From: Zygnema circumcarinatum SAG 698-1b | Taxonomy: Eukaryota; Plantae; Zygnematophyceae | DNA length: 64,000 nucleotides | Direction of reading: 5' to 3' | NCBI GenBank assembly: GCA_037447605.1 | Contig: CM074806.1 | Coordinates: 2,418,001 to 2,482,000, forward strand | Part shown: in pieces, positions 24,623 through 37,912 of the stretch | Layout of the letters: each line of letters begins with the position of its first letter | Position numbering within the stretch: position 1 is the first letter of the stretch | Position numbers and translations under genes: made by a program | Notes under the pieces: generated by a model | The model's database searches: none | What the model was told of the DNA's origin: nothing | Seen by the model: the letters and a program-made list of their open reading frames with translations, nothing else

Positions 24623-26769
24623 ATGGCGGGTCAAGACTGGAAAGTGCAGACTTATGGGCAGGGGGATGGTCCACTGAGGCTTACTGCTCTGAATCATATT
24701 TCAAGAAATTGTTCATCTGTTGAGGATTCTATTCATTTCTACTCCAAAGTGCTTGGTTTTGTTCAAATCAAGCGGCCTAACTCGTTCGACTTTGACGGTG
24801 CATGGTAAGTTACAGATGATTGGAATATGGTTCTGGAATTGCGCCTATTGCTGTATGCGGTATGTTGCTCTGTGGTTCCTGCGTGCGGGAAAGGGAAGAG
24901 TACGAGAGATTGAGGAGGGGAGGGGGAGGAGAAACAGGCAAAAGGGAGTCTGAGAAACGTGCCAAGTGTGTGTTGTATTTTTCTCCTGTGGTTCATCCAG
25001 ATATATCGTAGTCGTATTACTTGGGATGAATGGAAACACTCCTGGCTGATGTGTTCCTGTATTTTGCCTGCTCCTCCGCGTTTTCTCATGCGTTTGGTCA
25101 TTGACCGAACATTTTTTTTCCCTTTTTTTTTTCAATTTGTTCCCTCATGTTGCTATACATGTTGTGCTTGGTGCGAGACTGACGGCCACGCTTCAGTCAT
25201 GTTTGAGGGAGGATCCTTGCTATTCTGAGAGCTCTGGACTTACATTTCTGCTATTTTGGATCTTTCAGCCGGCTTCTGAAGCAATGCTGGGTTGGTTTCT
25301 TGGATAATTGAGATGTCGTTGTCTGTTCTGAAGTTGTCAGAATTTTGTAAATAGGATAGTAGAGAGGGCCATACTTGCTAGGCATGCATTTCCAGGGCTC
25401 AGTAGCGCTGGTAGCATGCAGCAATAGAGAAGCTTAAGCTGCGTTATGTTTCCAAGGAACGAGGATAAGTGCTGTTTTGATGTGTTTCCTCAGAGAACAT
25501 AGTCGAGCGGGTTTAGATGAGAAGGTTAATAGGATCCTTTCTACTTTTTTGCTGGTTACTGCTCAGGTTCAGCTTATGGCGACCGGGGTCTTGGCCTGGC
25601 CGCCAAACGGCCCCTACTTGAGCAAAGCTTTTAGTAAAACTGTAAAAAGGAGCAGACCCTTTTTTGCCATTGTTGGGGCTACTGTCCAGTCTTCCAGTGC
25701 GTGCTAGAGCTGAGATCAGAGTACGTTTGATGCAATTCTGTTCGCTGTTGAGGATTTGAAATGCTTTTGGTGGAATCAGTTGCCTATTTATTGTAGTCAG
25801 GTGTCTGTTGCTTAGCAGTTTTATCCATTTATTTTGGCAGTTAAGTTTTTTCGGTTTTTATAGATGCGTAGCGTCAGTTGATCGCATTGCCAGCTTAGGG
25901 CTTGTGTTGTGAGCTCATGTCAGCGATGAAAGAAGTCACAGCTTCTGCTTTTGTGTCCATTTTGCCTCGTCTATTTTTCAGCTTCTTGAACGATGAGTGT
26001 GTCGGTTGATTCCTGATCGTTGCTGTGGGGTTATGTTTTGTGCAGGCTCTTTAATTACGGGATTGGCATCCATCTTTTGAAGGACGATAATCTGGACCCG
26101 AACAACCGGCAATTAATGCCCATTGAGCCCAAAGCCGATCACATCTCTTTCCAGGTTGGTCTGCTGCTCCTTCGAGGACTTGCCTGCCCCATTATAAGGC
26201 TGCCGATACATGAGAAATCACTTTGACAATGCTTTCAAGTCGAAGCTTTGCATTAGCTGCGTAGGTGATGGATATTGACATGTCTTCGTTGTGTGCCACA
26301 GTGTGAGGATATAACGGCGGTCGAAATTGGTTTGCGGGAGTTGAACATACCCTTCAAGCGGCAAGTGGTGGAGGAGGGAGGAGTTTTAGTGGATCAGCTA
26401 TTTTTCCATGATCCTGATAATCATATGATTGAAATTTGCAACTGTCAGCTGCTTCCGGTGGAGCCCCTCTCTACCTGTACACCGTGTCGACTCATCTCAA
26501 GCCTGTCAGGAGTAGGATTAGGAGCCGCAGCTGGAGGAGATGAGCCTGCAGGCCTTCGAAAACGTCCTTCATCGAATCATTTGGCGGCTGCTGCCATGGC
26601 AGTTTCCCTGCTTTCGGGTTTGACTCCAGATGTGCAGAAGGAATCGGTCGGGGAGGCGTGGGAGAGGAGTGTTAGGGGCGGGGAATCAAATCAGCCAAAT
26701 GCTATGTACATACTGCAAAAGTCTCAACAGGAGGAGAGGCAGAGGGACGAAGTCTCGCCCTGTGCTTAG
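24623..26769 (+). CDS. Glyoxalase I-like / lactoylglutathione lyase family (VOC) protein, 3 exons
   Basis: Exons 24623-24804, 26046-26154, 26302-26769: LNHISRNCSSVEDSIHFYSKVLGF..RPNSFDFDGAWLFNYGIGIHLL..DHISFQCE..VDQLFFHDPDNHMIEICNC. Confidence 0.93.
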
Positions 26770-28177
26770 TCTTCCTTGAGACACTTCCGTATTCGACTGT
26801 TCAAGACTGATTTTCGTTTGAATCCCAGACATACACATGTCTGACGCTTGCAGGAAGGTGGGGATTCGAACTTCCGTCACCAGATCAATTTGCCGATTAT
26901 GAGCCGCTCCGAAAGGGCGTCCTTCAAATGGAGGGTTGTGATTCTAGATGATATACTGTAAGGCAGGATGAGCAGCACGCGCAGATAGGAGGGTGCTGGT
27001 AGGATTGTGTGTAAGTAGCAGTGTAAATTGAGCGCCCATTTTGAGTAGCGGGCTGGAGGAGGGGTGGTTCCGCATGGTCGGCCCCCCTGCAACAGTTTCT
27101 TGCCACTGCGGCTTCCCTCTCTGCTTGCGGGGTGCTCTCAGTCTGTGCCTCCTCTCAGATCGCAGCTGGCCTGAGAAGTTTGTTCACCTTCTCCTCTCAG
27201 CTCGTAGCTGGCCTGAGAAGTTTGTTCGCAATAGTGCGGGAATTCGAAATTGGAACATTCTTTGCTCGGGGGGTTGCGCCTTAGGCGGTAGAGTGTTAGA
27301 TTTCGCGCCTGTTTTCGAGCCTTTTAGATTTTTTTTTGTTGATTGGTTCTAGCCTGCATGTGCAGATTGCACATTCGTTTATTTTTGAGCAATGTTGTTG
27401 CTGGCGTTTCCTTCTGGAAGGTGGATGCATGGGTATGTATGTGTGCTTGTGCATGTGTTTTAAAGGAGAGATTCTGGATGAAAAATGCAGTTCGCCACGA
27501 GCAATTTGATTTGTCCTTCTCGATGTGGCACGTGTACAAGTTCCTACTAAACTCTGTCTTGACTTTGGTGTTGACATGATGACTGCATCTCTAAGAGGAT
27601 TCAGAACCAAAAAGTGCCTGCAGAGAGTCGCCCTGACGAGGCACGAACGTCAGCCGATGTGCAGATACCGCACAGCTTGACAGGCCCCTCGCTCGCTCGC
27701 TATCTCCCTCCCTCTAGGGCGTGGAACAAAGCAAGCTTGCTGACGGACAAGCCTGCCATACTGCCGGCCGGCCGGTAGCCAGCCACTAGCCAGGGCTGCC
27801 TGCCGGCCGCCACCTGCGAGCAGCCGTGCCGGTCCGGCGGTCCGGCGAGAACTCGCCGACACTTTTCGGGACGGACTGTTTGCGGCGGAAACCACGCGGA
27901 CTGCGAAACACGCGTGTCCGACATAAGATAAAAAACATAGCCATAATAATCGTCAGTGCCGCACGGCCCCCTAGGATTATGGCACTGGAGACAAATCTCC
28001 TGCCAGTCGGATACCCAAACCGTCCGGCGGTGCGCTCCACGGCGACGGCGCGATCCACCTGCGGCACAAGAATCCCGCCCGCCTGGCGTGTGCCGCGCCA
28101 TCAAGGTCCAGATCTCCGCAGGGCGCCACGCGCCGCCCGCTCGGGCCGTACCCCTCCGTACAGGAAATTTGGGATAC

Positions 28178-28243
28178 GACTCGACTCGACTCGACTCGAC
28201 TCGACTCGACTCGACTTGACTCGACTCGACTCGACTCGACTCG
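28178..28243. repeat. (GACTC)n pentanucleotide tract
   Basis: Read directly. Confidence 0.9.
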
Positions 28244-28429
28244 AGTTGACTGGACGGTTCCCGGATCCCCTCCCTCCCTGCTCCATGCCCCGTCCGTCCC
28301 TCCGTGCGTCCGCCCGCCGTCCGGCGCGACTGCGGAACGCGCGTCCAACACGCGGCGGGCGGGCAGCGTCGCGGCGCCAACTGGAACTGCGACCGCGCTG
28401 GCTGCCGCATGTGCCGCGTCCCCGCGACT

Positions 28430-28545
28430 GGGCGCCACGTGGCACGCGCGTGAGAGCGCCGTTCGCGCAGGAAGGTCGCCACGTCAGCGCGCGCGTCCGG
28501 ATATGGATGACTGCCCGAGGCGCCTCCGCGGCACGTGGCAGCGGT
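28430..28545 (+). promoter_or_regulatory. G-box/ACGT cluster upstream of LIR1
   Basis: GCCACGTGGC, CCACGTCA and GCACGTGGC within about 110 bp upstream of a light-regulated gene. Confidence 0.5.
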
Positions 28546-28868
28546 CCGGGCAGCAAATGATTCGTTTCCTAATTTTCACTCGCTGTCCGGAACCGCATTC
28601 CGGCAAATCATTTTTCTTTAAACGCTTCCCATTCGCCGAGGGGCGTGCGGACGTCGAAGATATTTCCAGATTTATTTCCGGTAGTCTGCCCGGCTCTTCC
28701 GGGCAGATCTTTGCAGCGCTGCCTGCAGCCTCTGCAACTCCCCTGTCATCCGGGTCTCTGCAGGAGCGGCCAGGGGCGCTGGCTTTGCTCTGGGAGGGGC
28801 GAGCAAGCAGGTTTGGACCAATCTTGAGGAAACATTTTCCTTGTGTCCGGTTGTTCCCTGCCGCCACC

Positions 28869-30723
28869 ATGCAGGCTCTCGGGAGCAGTTTCCACGCTGT
28901 TTGCCTGCCAGCATCTGTTTCTGGCGGCCGAAGTAATGTGGCAAGCAGGCGGTCTCAGCAGAGGATGCAGCAGAAGAAGAATAGTTATGCAGGACCATCT
29001 GCACTGTTCGGGTGGCTAGCTCCGAAGGCCCCTCAAGCCGAGGAGCTTCAAGTTTTTGAATACGATCCTGAAAAGAGGTAAACAGTTCATTGTTGATTGT
29101 CCAAGCACTCGGAGCTCGTGTCACCTGCTTGTTGACGGGAAGGATGGCATGTTATCGTACCTTCTTCGATGCTGAGTGTATCACATTCTGAGGCTGTGTT
29201 ACAGAATCATTGCTGACAACGGCATTTCGAACGGTGCTTGTATCTCTGCGCGTTGGTTGCAAAGTCATCTTGGTAATGGTTTGCGTTGGTGCCGATTGCT
29301 AACCAGCATTGTTTGGTCGTCGAAGACCAGTTTCCAGTTGATGCGGTTTTGTGAAACGAGCCATCACACTGTTGGTCGGTCCACTGGCTGTTTGCTCCGA
29401 CAGTTTTCAAATTATTGGAACCCTCCCTCTTGTACATTGTTGTCGTATGAGTGTTTTTGCTTTTTGAATAAAGTCTGTCGTGTGCTTTGCCCTTTATCCT
29501 TTGTCGTTTTTACAACTTTCAACGCGGGCTTGTGAGCAGGTAACTTGTGAAATGACGGCTGAAGTTTTGCTTTCCTTCTTTGCTAGATGCGTGTGCATGA
29601 CCAAAGATGCAGAATCATGTCGAATGGGATGTTTTTCGTTTTTGTACGACGGCCTGCTTCTGTACTTTTGCTGTCTCCCATTTTCGATCTTGGAAGAAGC
29701 AGCACTAGCAAATTCTCTCCCCTGATCATGTCCTTGCTTCGGTGGCCAATGACTGTTAGTGCATTGAGATGACAGCTACAATAAACCTGGCCTTGCTCTA
29801 TGGAAATAAATGAATTGTTGAGTTCTGTACGTTCTTCAGGTGTTGCTGGAGATGTTCTCTATCGTATTTTTCTCCTCACATGCTCTGGCCAGGAATTTTT
29901 CTTTTTCAGTGTGTTTCCTGCCGAGGCATGTGAGGAGATCGGAGGGGACGCATGTGATGTCAATATGGGACCTGAGGTGAAGCTCCCTCCTCGGAAAGAA
30001 ACTCCTGTGGAACGGCCAACGGGTCCTGATCGTGAGACTATCTCGTATGACGGCCCAAAGACGTGAGTACCATTACAATGGCTTTCGGATTTCACTACTT
30101 TCAGTCGCTCATGCATATAGGAAAATTTGAAGCGGCTCTTTATGTGCTCTTATACACTGAACTATCATTCACAATCCCTTTTAGTTGGAGGCATTTTTGC
30201 ATTTTCCATTTCCATATCCAGAATGTCATTAATAGATGGAAGCTTGTCAATTTCAAGTACTGGGGGTGGTGTTTGGCAAGTGAACGCTGTGATTTGGGGC
30301 ATGGTAGAAGAAAGTTGAAGAAAGAGTTTGACTTGGTTGATCTGCTGCTTCTACTTCAGCTATATTTCGAATTGCCAGTATCTTTTTATCGTTGGAATCG
30401 TAATAATGGTGATAAGATGCTGCCGGCTACCACAGTCTTGGTCCTCGTATTTTTTTTTATATCAGAATGAGTTCCTTCCTAAAACACTGGATTCAATTCC
30501 ATTGCGCTATTTCTTTAGCAAAGAAAATTTGCGAAAACAAACAATTGGTAGATCGTTGTGCCAATTTCACAAATTTGGAAAAGAGCATTCACTCATGGTT
30601 TTGGCATCTTCTCTCCACCATTCTTTCTCAAACTGCAGGGTATTTCCAGGTGAAGCCTGCGATGAGCTTGGTGGGGAATTTTGTGAGCCCAGTTATCAGG
30701 AAGGGGTCGGCAAGTCGCAATGA
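28869..30723 (+). CDS. LIR1: Light-regulated protein LIR1 (CCL) family, plastid transit peptide
   Basis: Exons 28869-29077, 29910-30062, 30639-30723. Two repeats VFPAEACEEIGGDAC and VFPGEACDELGGEFCEP. Confidence 0.9.
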
Positions 30724-32417
30724 GCTACATCATGTCATAATTTCTCCCCCGTATCCCTTTTAAGAGGCACGTTCTCTGATGCGCAAGGCGAGATGTCGCT
30801 TGAAAGTTTGTAAAGTGGTATATTGAATTATGCCATAATCTGTCAAATTGTAGTTTTAAGTTTTGTACCAAACAGGAAGCGTGATAGCCTTCCATCTGCA
30901 TGCATACATTGTTCATGAGGCTAAACGTGCCTTCTGAGACGCAGTCATTAACTGTTGGTTATAAGTTATTGCAAATGTGGGACATGTACTTCCTCCCAAC
31001 CAGCGAAAATGGTCGGTCTGACGTATTCGTTATTGACATGGAGTATGGCTCTGTTCAGACTGAACTAGCAACTTTCACATAGTGCAACTCCAACTTTTGC
31101 AACACATGAGCAATACATTGCTAGTTGTAGCTGGAATGCGTGCAGCTTGGTGTGTCGCGCTGTAGGTGGAGGGGCAGCAGCAGACAGTAGCCTTCAGGCT
31201 GAGAGACACAAACAGAAAACGCCGGCAGTTAAATGGGCGCCAGCTACCGGTCTTCGTATGTTGGAAAGTGGGTAGTAGAGCCTTCGGAAGGCTGCAGAGG
31301 GGGAAACGATCCTGGCATGGATATAGAAACGGCTGCAGGGAGAAAGATACGGCTTCTAGTGCTAGCCGGGATCCGGCCTCTGCAGTCAAGCGTGGCGTTC
31401 TTGACAGTTGCAAACAGCATCCTAGCGGAAGTCGGTGTGGGGAGAGTGGCCTGCCCAACGCAGGACAGCTATGCGACCTTTCCGCAGCAGCAGTGAGTTC
31501 CCAGAGGTGCATGAGCGGCTAAGGTCATGCAAAGGTTGCCTACATTAAACAAACCGCGGTTGTGGAAGGCGCACAGCATTTCAGAAGGAAAGAAAGCTTG
31601 TAGGCTTACGCTTTGCACTGCTGGACAGTGGACAGCCTCAAGCTCTAGTGTGAGCAGTGCCCCTGAATGTCTCTCATATCGTGGGCCTGATCTACTTTGT
31701 TCTTTACAGCAAGGGGCCACTTCTTAGTACGAGTGAACTCTGCGTGTGAACGCATGGGACTACAGTGAAAGATACTCCATCGCGAGTTTCCATACATTGA
31801 CGGGGCAAGGTGTACCAATGTGGCAAGGCAATTGCAACATGACCACAACGCCCTTGCAATACATTCCCTCCCTCCACATGCAAGCGACAGGGAAAGGCGT
31901 AGAAACATGCATAGTGCAGGCGTGTTTCCATGCCTTCACCAGCAAATGATCTGATTGAAGTGGCCAGAAGAGATGACTTGAAATGTGCATCACGATTTAG
32001 TGGACAAAATACAATAACTTCAAAACGCTGGGAAGTACTATAAAGTTGGGATTTACTATGTGACCAAAGCCGCACGGCCAGCAATGTCCCCAAAGCTGCA
32101 AAATTACTTGATGGACGTCTCTGGGAAGAGGCAGCTATAGGTCGCTCAATTGTTGACATAAGGAGGAGGTAACTTTTCTTGCGCGGCGGTTCAATTTGGG
32201 AGGTCCGCAGATTACGGGAAAAATTCTAGGCTCTTTTGGAAAAGTACAAAAGCGTGGTAAGGAGGTACAGTGATGAATCAAAGGACTCGGGATCAGCAAC
32301 AGGATCAAGACACTCAATGCATGAACATACTAACAAAAGTTGCGGCAGAAGAGCTTCATTTTAAGCCTACCACTTGAACGACACAACTTCATTAAGAGTA
32401 CAAATGAATTTAGCTGC

Positions 32418-33332
32418 TCAGGTCTTGGACCTCATTTGCTGTCTCCGAGCCTTGCCAGGCCGTTGAACTTTGCCTTTGTTTCCTCCCACTGATTTACCCG
32501 TTCCTGCACCTTTCCTGCCCTTTTCGAACCTACGATCCCTCTTGTTTGCCTTAAAGTCCGACATGTCACCTGCTGAATCTGCGTCGTTCTGCTTTATTAG
32601 CCTTTTCCTTCCACCAAAACCGAATTTTGTATTTTTTGACTGCCTCTTCTTAGAAATCCCTCCAGAGCCCTTGGATTGCTCTTGTCCTCTTGACATACCC
32701 TTCCCTGACCTCTCCCCCCTGCCTCCCCCCATCCCCCCCCCTTGCAAATCAACAGGAAAATCTTCCTCTCCTCCTTTGTACCCGCTATTTTCCCTATCCT
32801 TACGCCATTTTTTCACAGATTCTATCGAATCCTTCTTCTCTTTCGCCCGTTCCTTCAGTTTCTCCGCCTGCACCTCCTTCGCATACCTCTTCGTCTGCCT
32901 CTGCTTGCGTCTCTCCTCCGCTTCTGCCAGCTGGCGCTGCTCTGCCAGCAAGGCGCTCCTAACACGTTCCATGTGTGCATCTCCCTTCACCATCTCAGCA
33001 TAGTAATCACTCGGCCGCAATACAGGAACCCCCTTCTCTTGCAACCGAGTATAGGCCATTTGCGCCGCCGCCAGTGCCTGCGCATACAGAGCCGCCTCCC
33101 GAACAAGGTCATCGCTCGCGTCCACCTTCTCCACTTCCATTCCTTCGTCTGCTGGAACAACTAGGCTTTCCAGCCATTCAATGTCTGTGGGCCAGGAAAT
33201 ATCTTCCAACTTCTCATGCAACGCCTCAGTGTTGTACACCGCGTTAGCCTTTGGCGCCGCAAGCTCTTCCAATTCGTCCTCGCCCTCCGAATTACCGTCC
33301 GAGGACGTCGCAATGTCGTCCTCCTCCGCCAT
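32418..33332 (-). CDS. EBP2: rRNA-processing protein EBP2, single exon
   Basis: DDLVRE..YAQAL, RPSDYYAEMVKGDAHM, KFGFGGRKR..KQND, RPGKARR. Confidence 0.95.
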   Translation of the reverse strand: MAEEDDIATSSDGNSEGEDELEELAAPKANAVYNTEALHEKLEDISWPTDIEWLESLVVPADEGMEVEKVDASDDLVREAALYAQALAAAQMAYTRLQEKGVPVLRPSDYYAEMVKGDAHMERVRSALLAEQRQLAEAEERRKQRQTKRYAKEVQAEKLKERAKEKKDSIESVKKWRKDRENSGYKGGEEDFPVDLQGGGMGGGRGERSGKGMSRGQEQSKGSGGISKKRQSKNTKFGFGGRKRLIKQNDADSAGDMSDFKANKRDRRFEKGRKGAGTGKSVGGNKGKVQRPGKARRQQMRSKT

Positions 33333-33399
33333 GGCTACCAGCAAACTCTGCTCCCTTCACCGCCCCTCAGCCTCAGACTCAGTCTCAGCCTCAGGCCCT

Positions 33400-33432
33400 G
33401 AGTTAGGGTTACGCTTTAGGGTTAGGGTTTGA
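33400..33432 (-). promoter_or_regulatory. Telo-box cluster in the EBP2 5' leader
   Basis: TTAGGGTT, TTTAGGGTTAGGGTTT (AAACCCTA on minus), typical of plant ribosome-biogenesis genes. Confidence 0.65.
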
Positions 33433-33903
33433 GCGAGGGTTCAGGGACTTCCGACCCTCCCAGTCCTGCCCTGAGCCCAGTTCCCAAGGCCGTCCCCCGC
33501 CAGTGTGAACGGCCTCGTCCCCGAAGCCCACTTTGGCGGTACCGAACGTGATTCGAACGTCCAGCTGGAGGCTCGGATCCGCCGAGCCAGATCACCGACA
33601 TTTGGGGTCGGTCCAACGAGGACACGTGGCTAGCAGTGCCTCGCCGAGAACGACGGATGACGTCATCACATGTCACGTGATACGTGCACGCGCTGTGCCA
33701 CGTGGCAGCGGCCTTTCGCGGCGTCGCACGAGCGCGGGAAGCTTCGCGGCCGTCGTCTCCCCCTCCGCCTCGTCTCTCGCGCGCCGTCGCTTGCAGGATC
33801 TGTCTCTCTTTCTCCCTCTCCTTTCTCCCTCTCCTCTCTCCCTCCCTCTCTCTCTCTCTCTCTCCCTCTCTCTTTCCCCCTCTTGTTGGGCCGGCAGGTA
33901 GTG

Positions 33904-36862
33904 ATGGCGCAGGCAGCAGCTCTCCGTCAGGTCGCTGCTGTACTCGACGCCCGTCTGACGGTTGTGTCCGGCTCGGGAACCTCCCAGGAAGCTTCTCCCT
34001 TCGCGAAGTTCCAAGGCCTTGCGCGGACGACTGCAGCGACGCCGACTGTGCAGCAGACGTGCAAGCGCGGGCGCTCCAGCTTGAGGTGGATCTTTCACTT
34101 CATCTAGGACTTAGATTTCCCTGCTTTCTTGTTCCGTTTCAACCAAGAGGATTCTTATAAAATGTTGTTCCCGTGCAATTGGTAAGTTCCCACCTTTCTT
34201 CGACTCATGGATACAGTAATTCTCTTGCTTCAAAATCCTCTTCCCCCATTATTTTTTAAAAATGCTGAATAACTTTGGCGGTTGAGTGTCTTGTGGAATT
34301 CTAAAGTTTGCGCTTCGAGTTAAGGGTAAAGCTTCTTGCCTTCGAGAAGGTTCTGTTGAGAACGACAGCTTCGGGCTCCGCTTCTGTTGACGATTTCTAT
34401 TCCGAACTTTTCTATTTCAATTCTTATTTCCACTGATTCATTATGACGAAGGAACCATTCTAAAGAGCGGACCATTCTTCTCAATATGCGCTGGATTAGC
34501 CTGCGTAATTGACGCTCTTATTTTTTTTTTGCAGTTTATACTGAGCAGTCAGCCCCAAATTTCAGATATGTTTGTGCAGTAACCAAATTCACAGCCGAAC
34601 TCTCCGTCCTTCGTCTTTCACCCCTCGTCTTGAGATCCTTTTCCTCCTCCTCCTCCTCCTCCTCCTCCTCCCATCCTATACTCCAGTCGTCTCAACCAAC
34701 ACGGTTTGCTCTACTTCACTCGTCCCTGTCCTCTTTCTGTATCCCTAACTCCTCCTTTTTTCTGCTGCGTTTGTTCCCCTTTTTGTTTGTTATTTATCGC
34801 AATGGTCCAGTGCGGGCGGCCGTCCCCGGCCCGTCCGCGCCCTCCTGGAGGCGAGCCGCGAGGTCCGCCTTCTTCCTCTCGCAGAGCTGTGGGCGGCGCA
34901 CCGGCAGAGCGCGTGGTACGACAACCTCCGCCGCCCCGTGGAGGACCTCCTCCGCCCCCGCCTCGAACAGGGCATCCGCGGGGTCACCAGCAACCCCACG
35001 GTCAGGGCTCAGGGTCAGACTGGCTGGGGGAGTTGGCTGCTCACTGGATGGCCAATCATTGGTTGTTTTGGGGGTGTCTACGCATCTCAATGGGAAGGTG
35101 ATGCAGCGGGAAGGGGAGGGGAGGAAGGGGAGGAGAGTTTGGAGAGAGGAGGCTTTGTAAGTTGCTTTAAGGTACTGCCAGAAGCACCCCAAACTGGCGT
35201 TTTTTGACTGCTGGAGAACTCTAATGTGGCTGCAGATTTTTGAGAAGGCGATGACGGGGTCGAATGCGTATGACGAGGACTTCGGGTGATTTCTCGGAAC
35301 TCCGTAGTTTAGGGGCAGGTTTATGTTCAATTCACTCAACATGGTCGTGTGTTCCGGCTCTCCTTTAAGAGGAAAGCCAAAATGTCACTGTCAAGTAGCG
35401 AACTGAAGCATTTGACAATCGCCGTTCTCTTGGTCTGCTGACTGATTTCAGGCAGCTTATTCGAGGAGGGAAATCGGTGGAGGAGGCTTATTGGTCGCTG
35501 GTCATCAAAGACATTCAGGATGCAGCGGACCTCTTCCGTCCCCTCTATGATGAGAGCGGGCGCGAAGACGGCTATGTTTCAGTCGAAGTTTCGCCGGCCT
35601 TAGCACACGATGCGGCGGGAACTGTGGCCTCTGCCAAGGACCTTCATGCAAAAGTCGACCGAGAAAATGTTCATATTAAGATTCCCGCGACTCTGGAATG
35701 CATTCCGGCTATCGAACAAGTGATTGCGTCCGGCATTAGCGTGAATGTAACGGTGAGGCTCGTTTGAATAAGCCCTTTTCCATTTTGTTTTCTTTTTGTA
35801 ACAGGCAGTCCCTTTCTCCATACTCTGTGGTTTTGCTGGCTGTGTGGTTCAATTAAGAAGGTGTTTCTTGGTCGCATCCAAGCTTTGGTCCAGCTGATAG
35901 TTAATCACCCTTGATTCGGGAAATGACCGATCCTTCCGTTGGTGTAAACTGGGTTCAAATTTACAGTTGATTTTCTCTCTCCTGCGGTACGATGCCGTGA
36001 TGGAGGCGTACCTCAAAGGCTTGGAGAAAGCAGAAGGCGACCTATCAAAAATTTCCAGTGTGGCTTCGTTCTTTGTTAGTCGGGTGGACACTCTTGTCGA
36101 CAAGAAGCTGGAAGCAATTGGAGATGAGAAGGCTAAATCCCTTCTTGGGAAGGTGAGAGAACCACCTACAGTAACCATCCACCATGCTTTGTCCTTCCAC
36201 GTGAACAGCGATTGCAAATTATCACTATTATTATCATTATTACTATTATTATCATTATTATTATCGTTAATAGATCATGGCCCTCGCTATGTTCTGCCGC
36301 GCAGGCGGCCATAGCTCAGTGCAAGATGGCATATGAAGCCTATGAGAAGAAGTTTTCGGGCCCGCGTTGGGAGGCACTGGAGAGGCGCGGCGCGAAGAGG
36401 CAGAGGCTGCTGTGGGCCTCCACGGGCACAAAGAACCCCTCCTACCGCGACACGCTCTATGTGGACTCGCTCATCGGACCCGATACGGTCTGCACTCGCA
36501 CTGGGGAAACAAGGAGAGGGTGCTTTCGTTTCGTTCATTTGAATAGAACATTTTTATGTTTTTCATTAGAAGAGCTTGAATGGGTTGATGTTGGGCATGC
36601 ATGCATGGGCATGGATGAGATGCAGGTGAACACCATGCCGGATGCGGCGATGGATGCTTTCATGGACCACGGCAAAGTGGCGCGGACGATTGACGAGGAC
36701 GTGGAGGGGGCGAGGAGGGTGTACGGCGGCGTGGAGGAGGCGGGCGTGACGTGGCGGGACACGGCGGAGCGGCTCGAGGAGGAGGGCGTGGCCTCCTTCC
36801 GGAAAAGTTTCGACGATCTCATCGCCGGCCTTGAGAAGAAAGCGAGCGCGCTCCTGAATTGA
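33904..36862 (+). CDS. TAL: Transaldolase, plastid type, multi-exon
   Basis: Transit peptide exon, then [77 protein letters not shown]. Confidence 0.95.
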
Positions 36863-37912
36863 GAGGTTTTAGGGGGGTCGATATTTTCATGCACAGTTCG
36901 TTGACGCCGTGTTGCATAGGGGGGTGTATCAGTACAGGTTTGGTTGGGTAATGCTAGCGGGTGAAGGGAACGTGGTATATCTGGTTCCATGAGTACTTGA
37001 GGCGAAAGTGTGGAATGTGTATAAATAATAGAGCAGAGGTGTGCGCAATGGGTGCTACGAGAGGTGGCTATTGCAAGGAGACAGGTGCGAGTCTGAGAAA
37101 TCACGCAAGCCTTGAATGAAGTGACAAGGACAGCTTGCAGCAGCAAGGGTCACGCCCACACGCACTTTTATATTCCTGTCCAAATCTCCATTCCTGCCCT
37201 TCCCTTCCACTGTTTCGCGCTTTTGAAAGATCGTCACCTTATAGAGATATCTAACGAACTCAATTGGGTTATCTTTTTTTGCCTTTGATGAATAAATTCG
37301 ATGATGAAATGGGAAAAAGCAACCAAAAAGGCCAGTAAACGAAACTATAATATCGTGACAAAGAGCTTGGAAAGGAGTGACGCGGATAGCTGAAGAGCAT
37401 CCTCAAAAGAAGGAAGCAAGGCACCGAGCGCGTTGAGGAGCAGCAGCGCCGCACAACCAGTCGAGAACATCCTGCTCGGCTTCTATCCAGCCCCTCCGGC
37501 GGAATGTTCGAGGACATCCATTGATGCCCCGCACCATTGCAGTGCTCTGTGCCGCACGGCGCCTTTGGGCCTCGCTTTACCGTCCGATCACGTACCGCAC
37601 GCACGCGCGCACGGCCCCCGTCCCCCGTCCCTCCCTCCCTCCCTCCCTCCCTTCTGGTAGGGGGGTGGATGGGTGGGTGGGTGTTCTCGCCGGCCGGCCG
37701 GCCGCGCCATGGGGACGGAATGCCATGCCGGCCCATGTCCTCGTCGACAGAGAAGACCGCGGCCATGCCATGCCATGGCATGGCAGCCATGCCATGCACA
37801 TGATGCATGCATGCGTGCATGCATGCACGAGAAGCGGCCGCGCGCAGGCAGCAGCAGCAGCAGCAGCCGTGAGGGCCGTGCACATGCGCGCCCACTGTCA
37901 CGCGCAGTCGGT

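Noticed and set aside
27700-28560. Long ORFs with SSRVE/RLDST repeats
   Set aside because: Translation of the (GACTC)n tract in GC-rich non-coding DNA.
31075-32317. Gene between LIR1 and EBP2
   Set aside because: Short ORFs without a coherent exon chain or recognisable motif.
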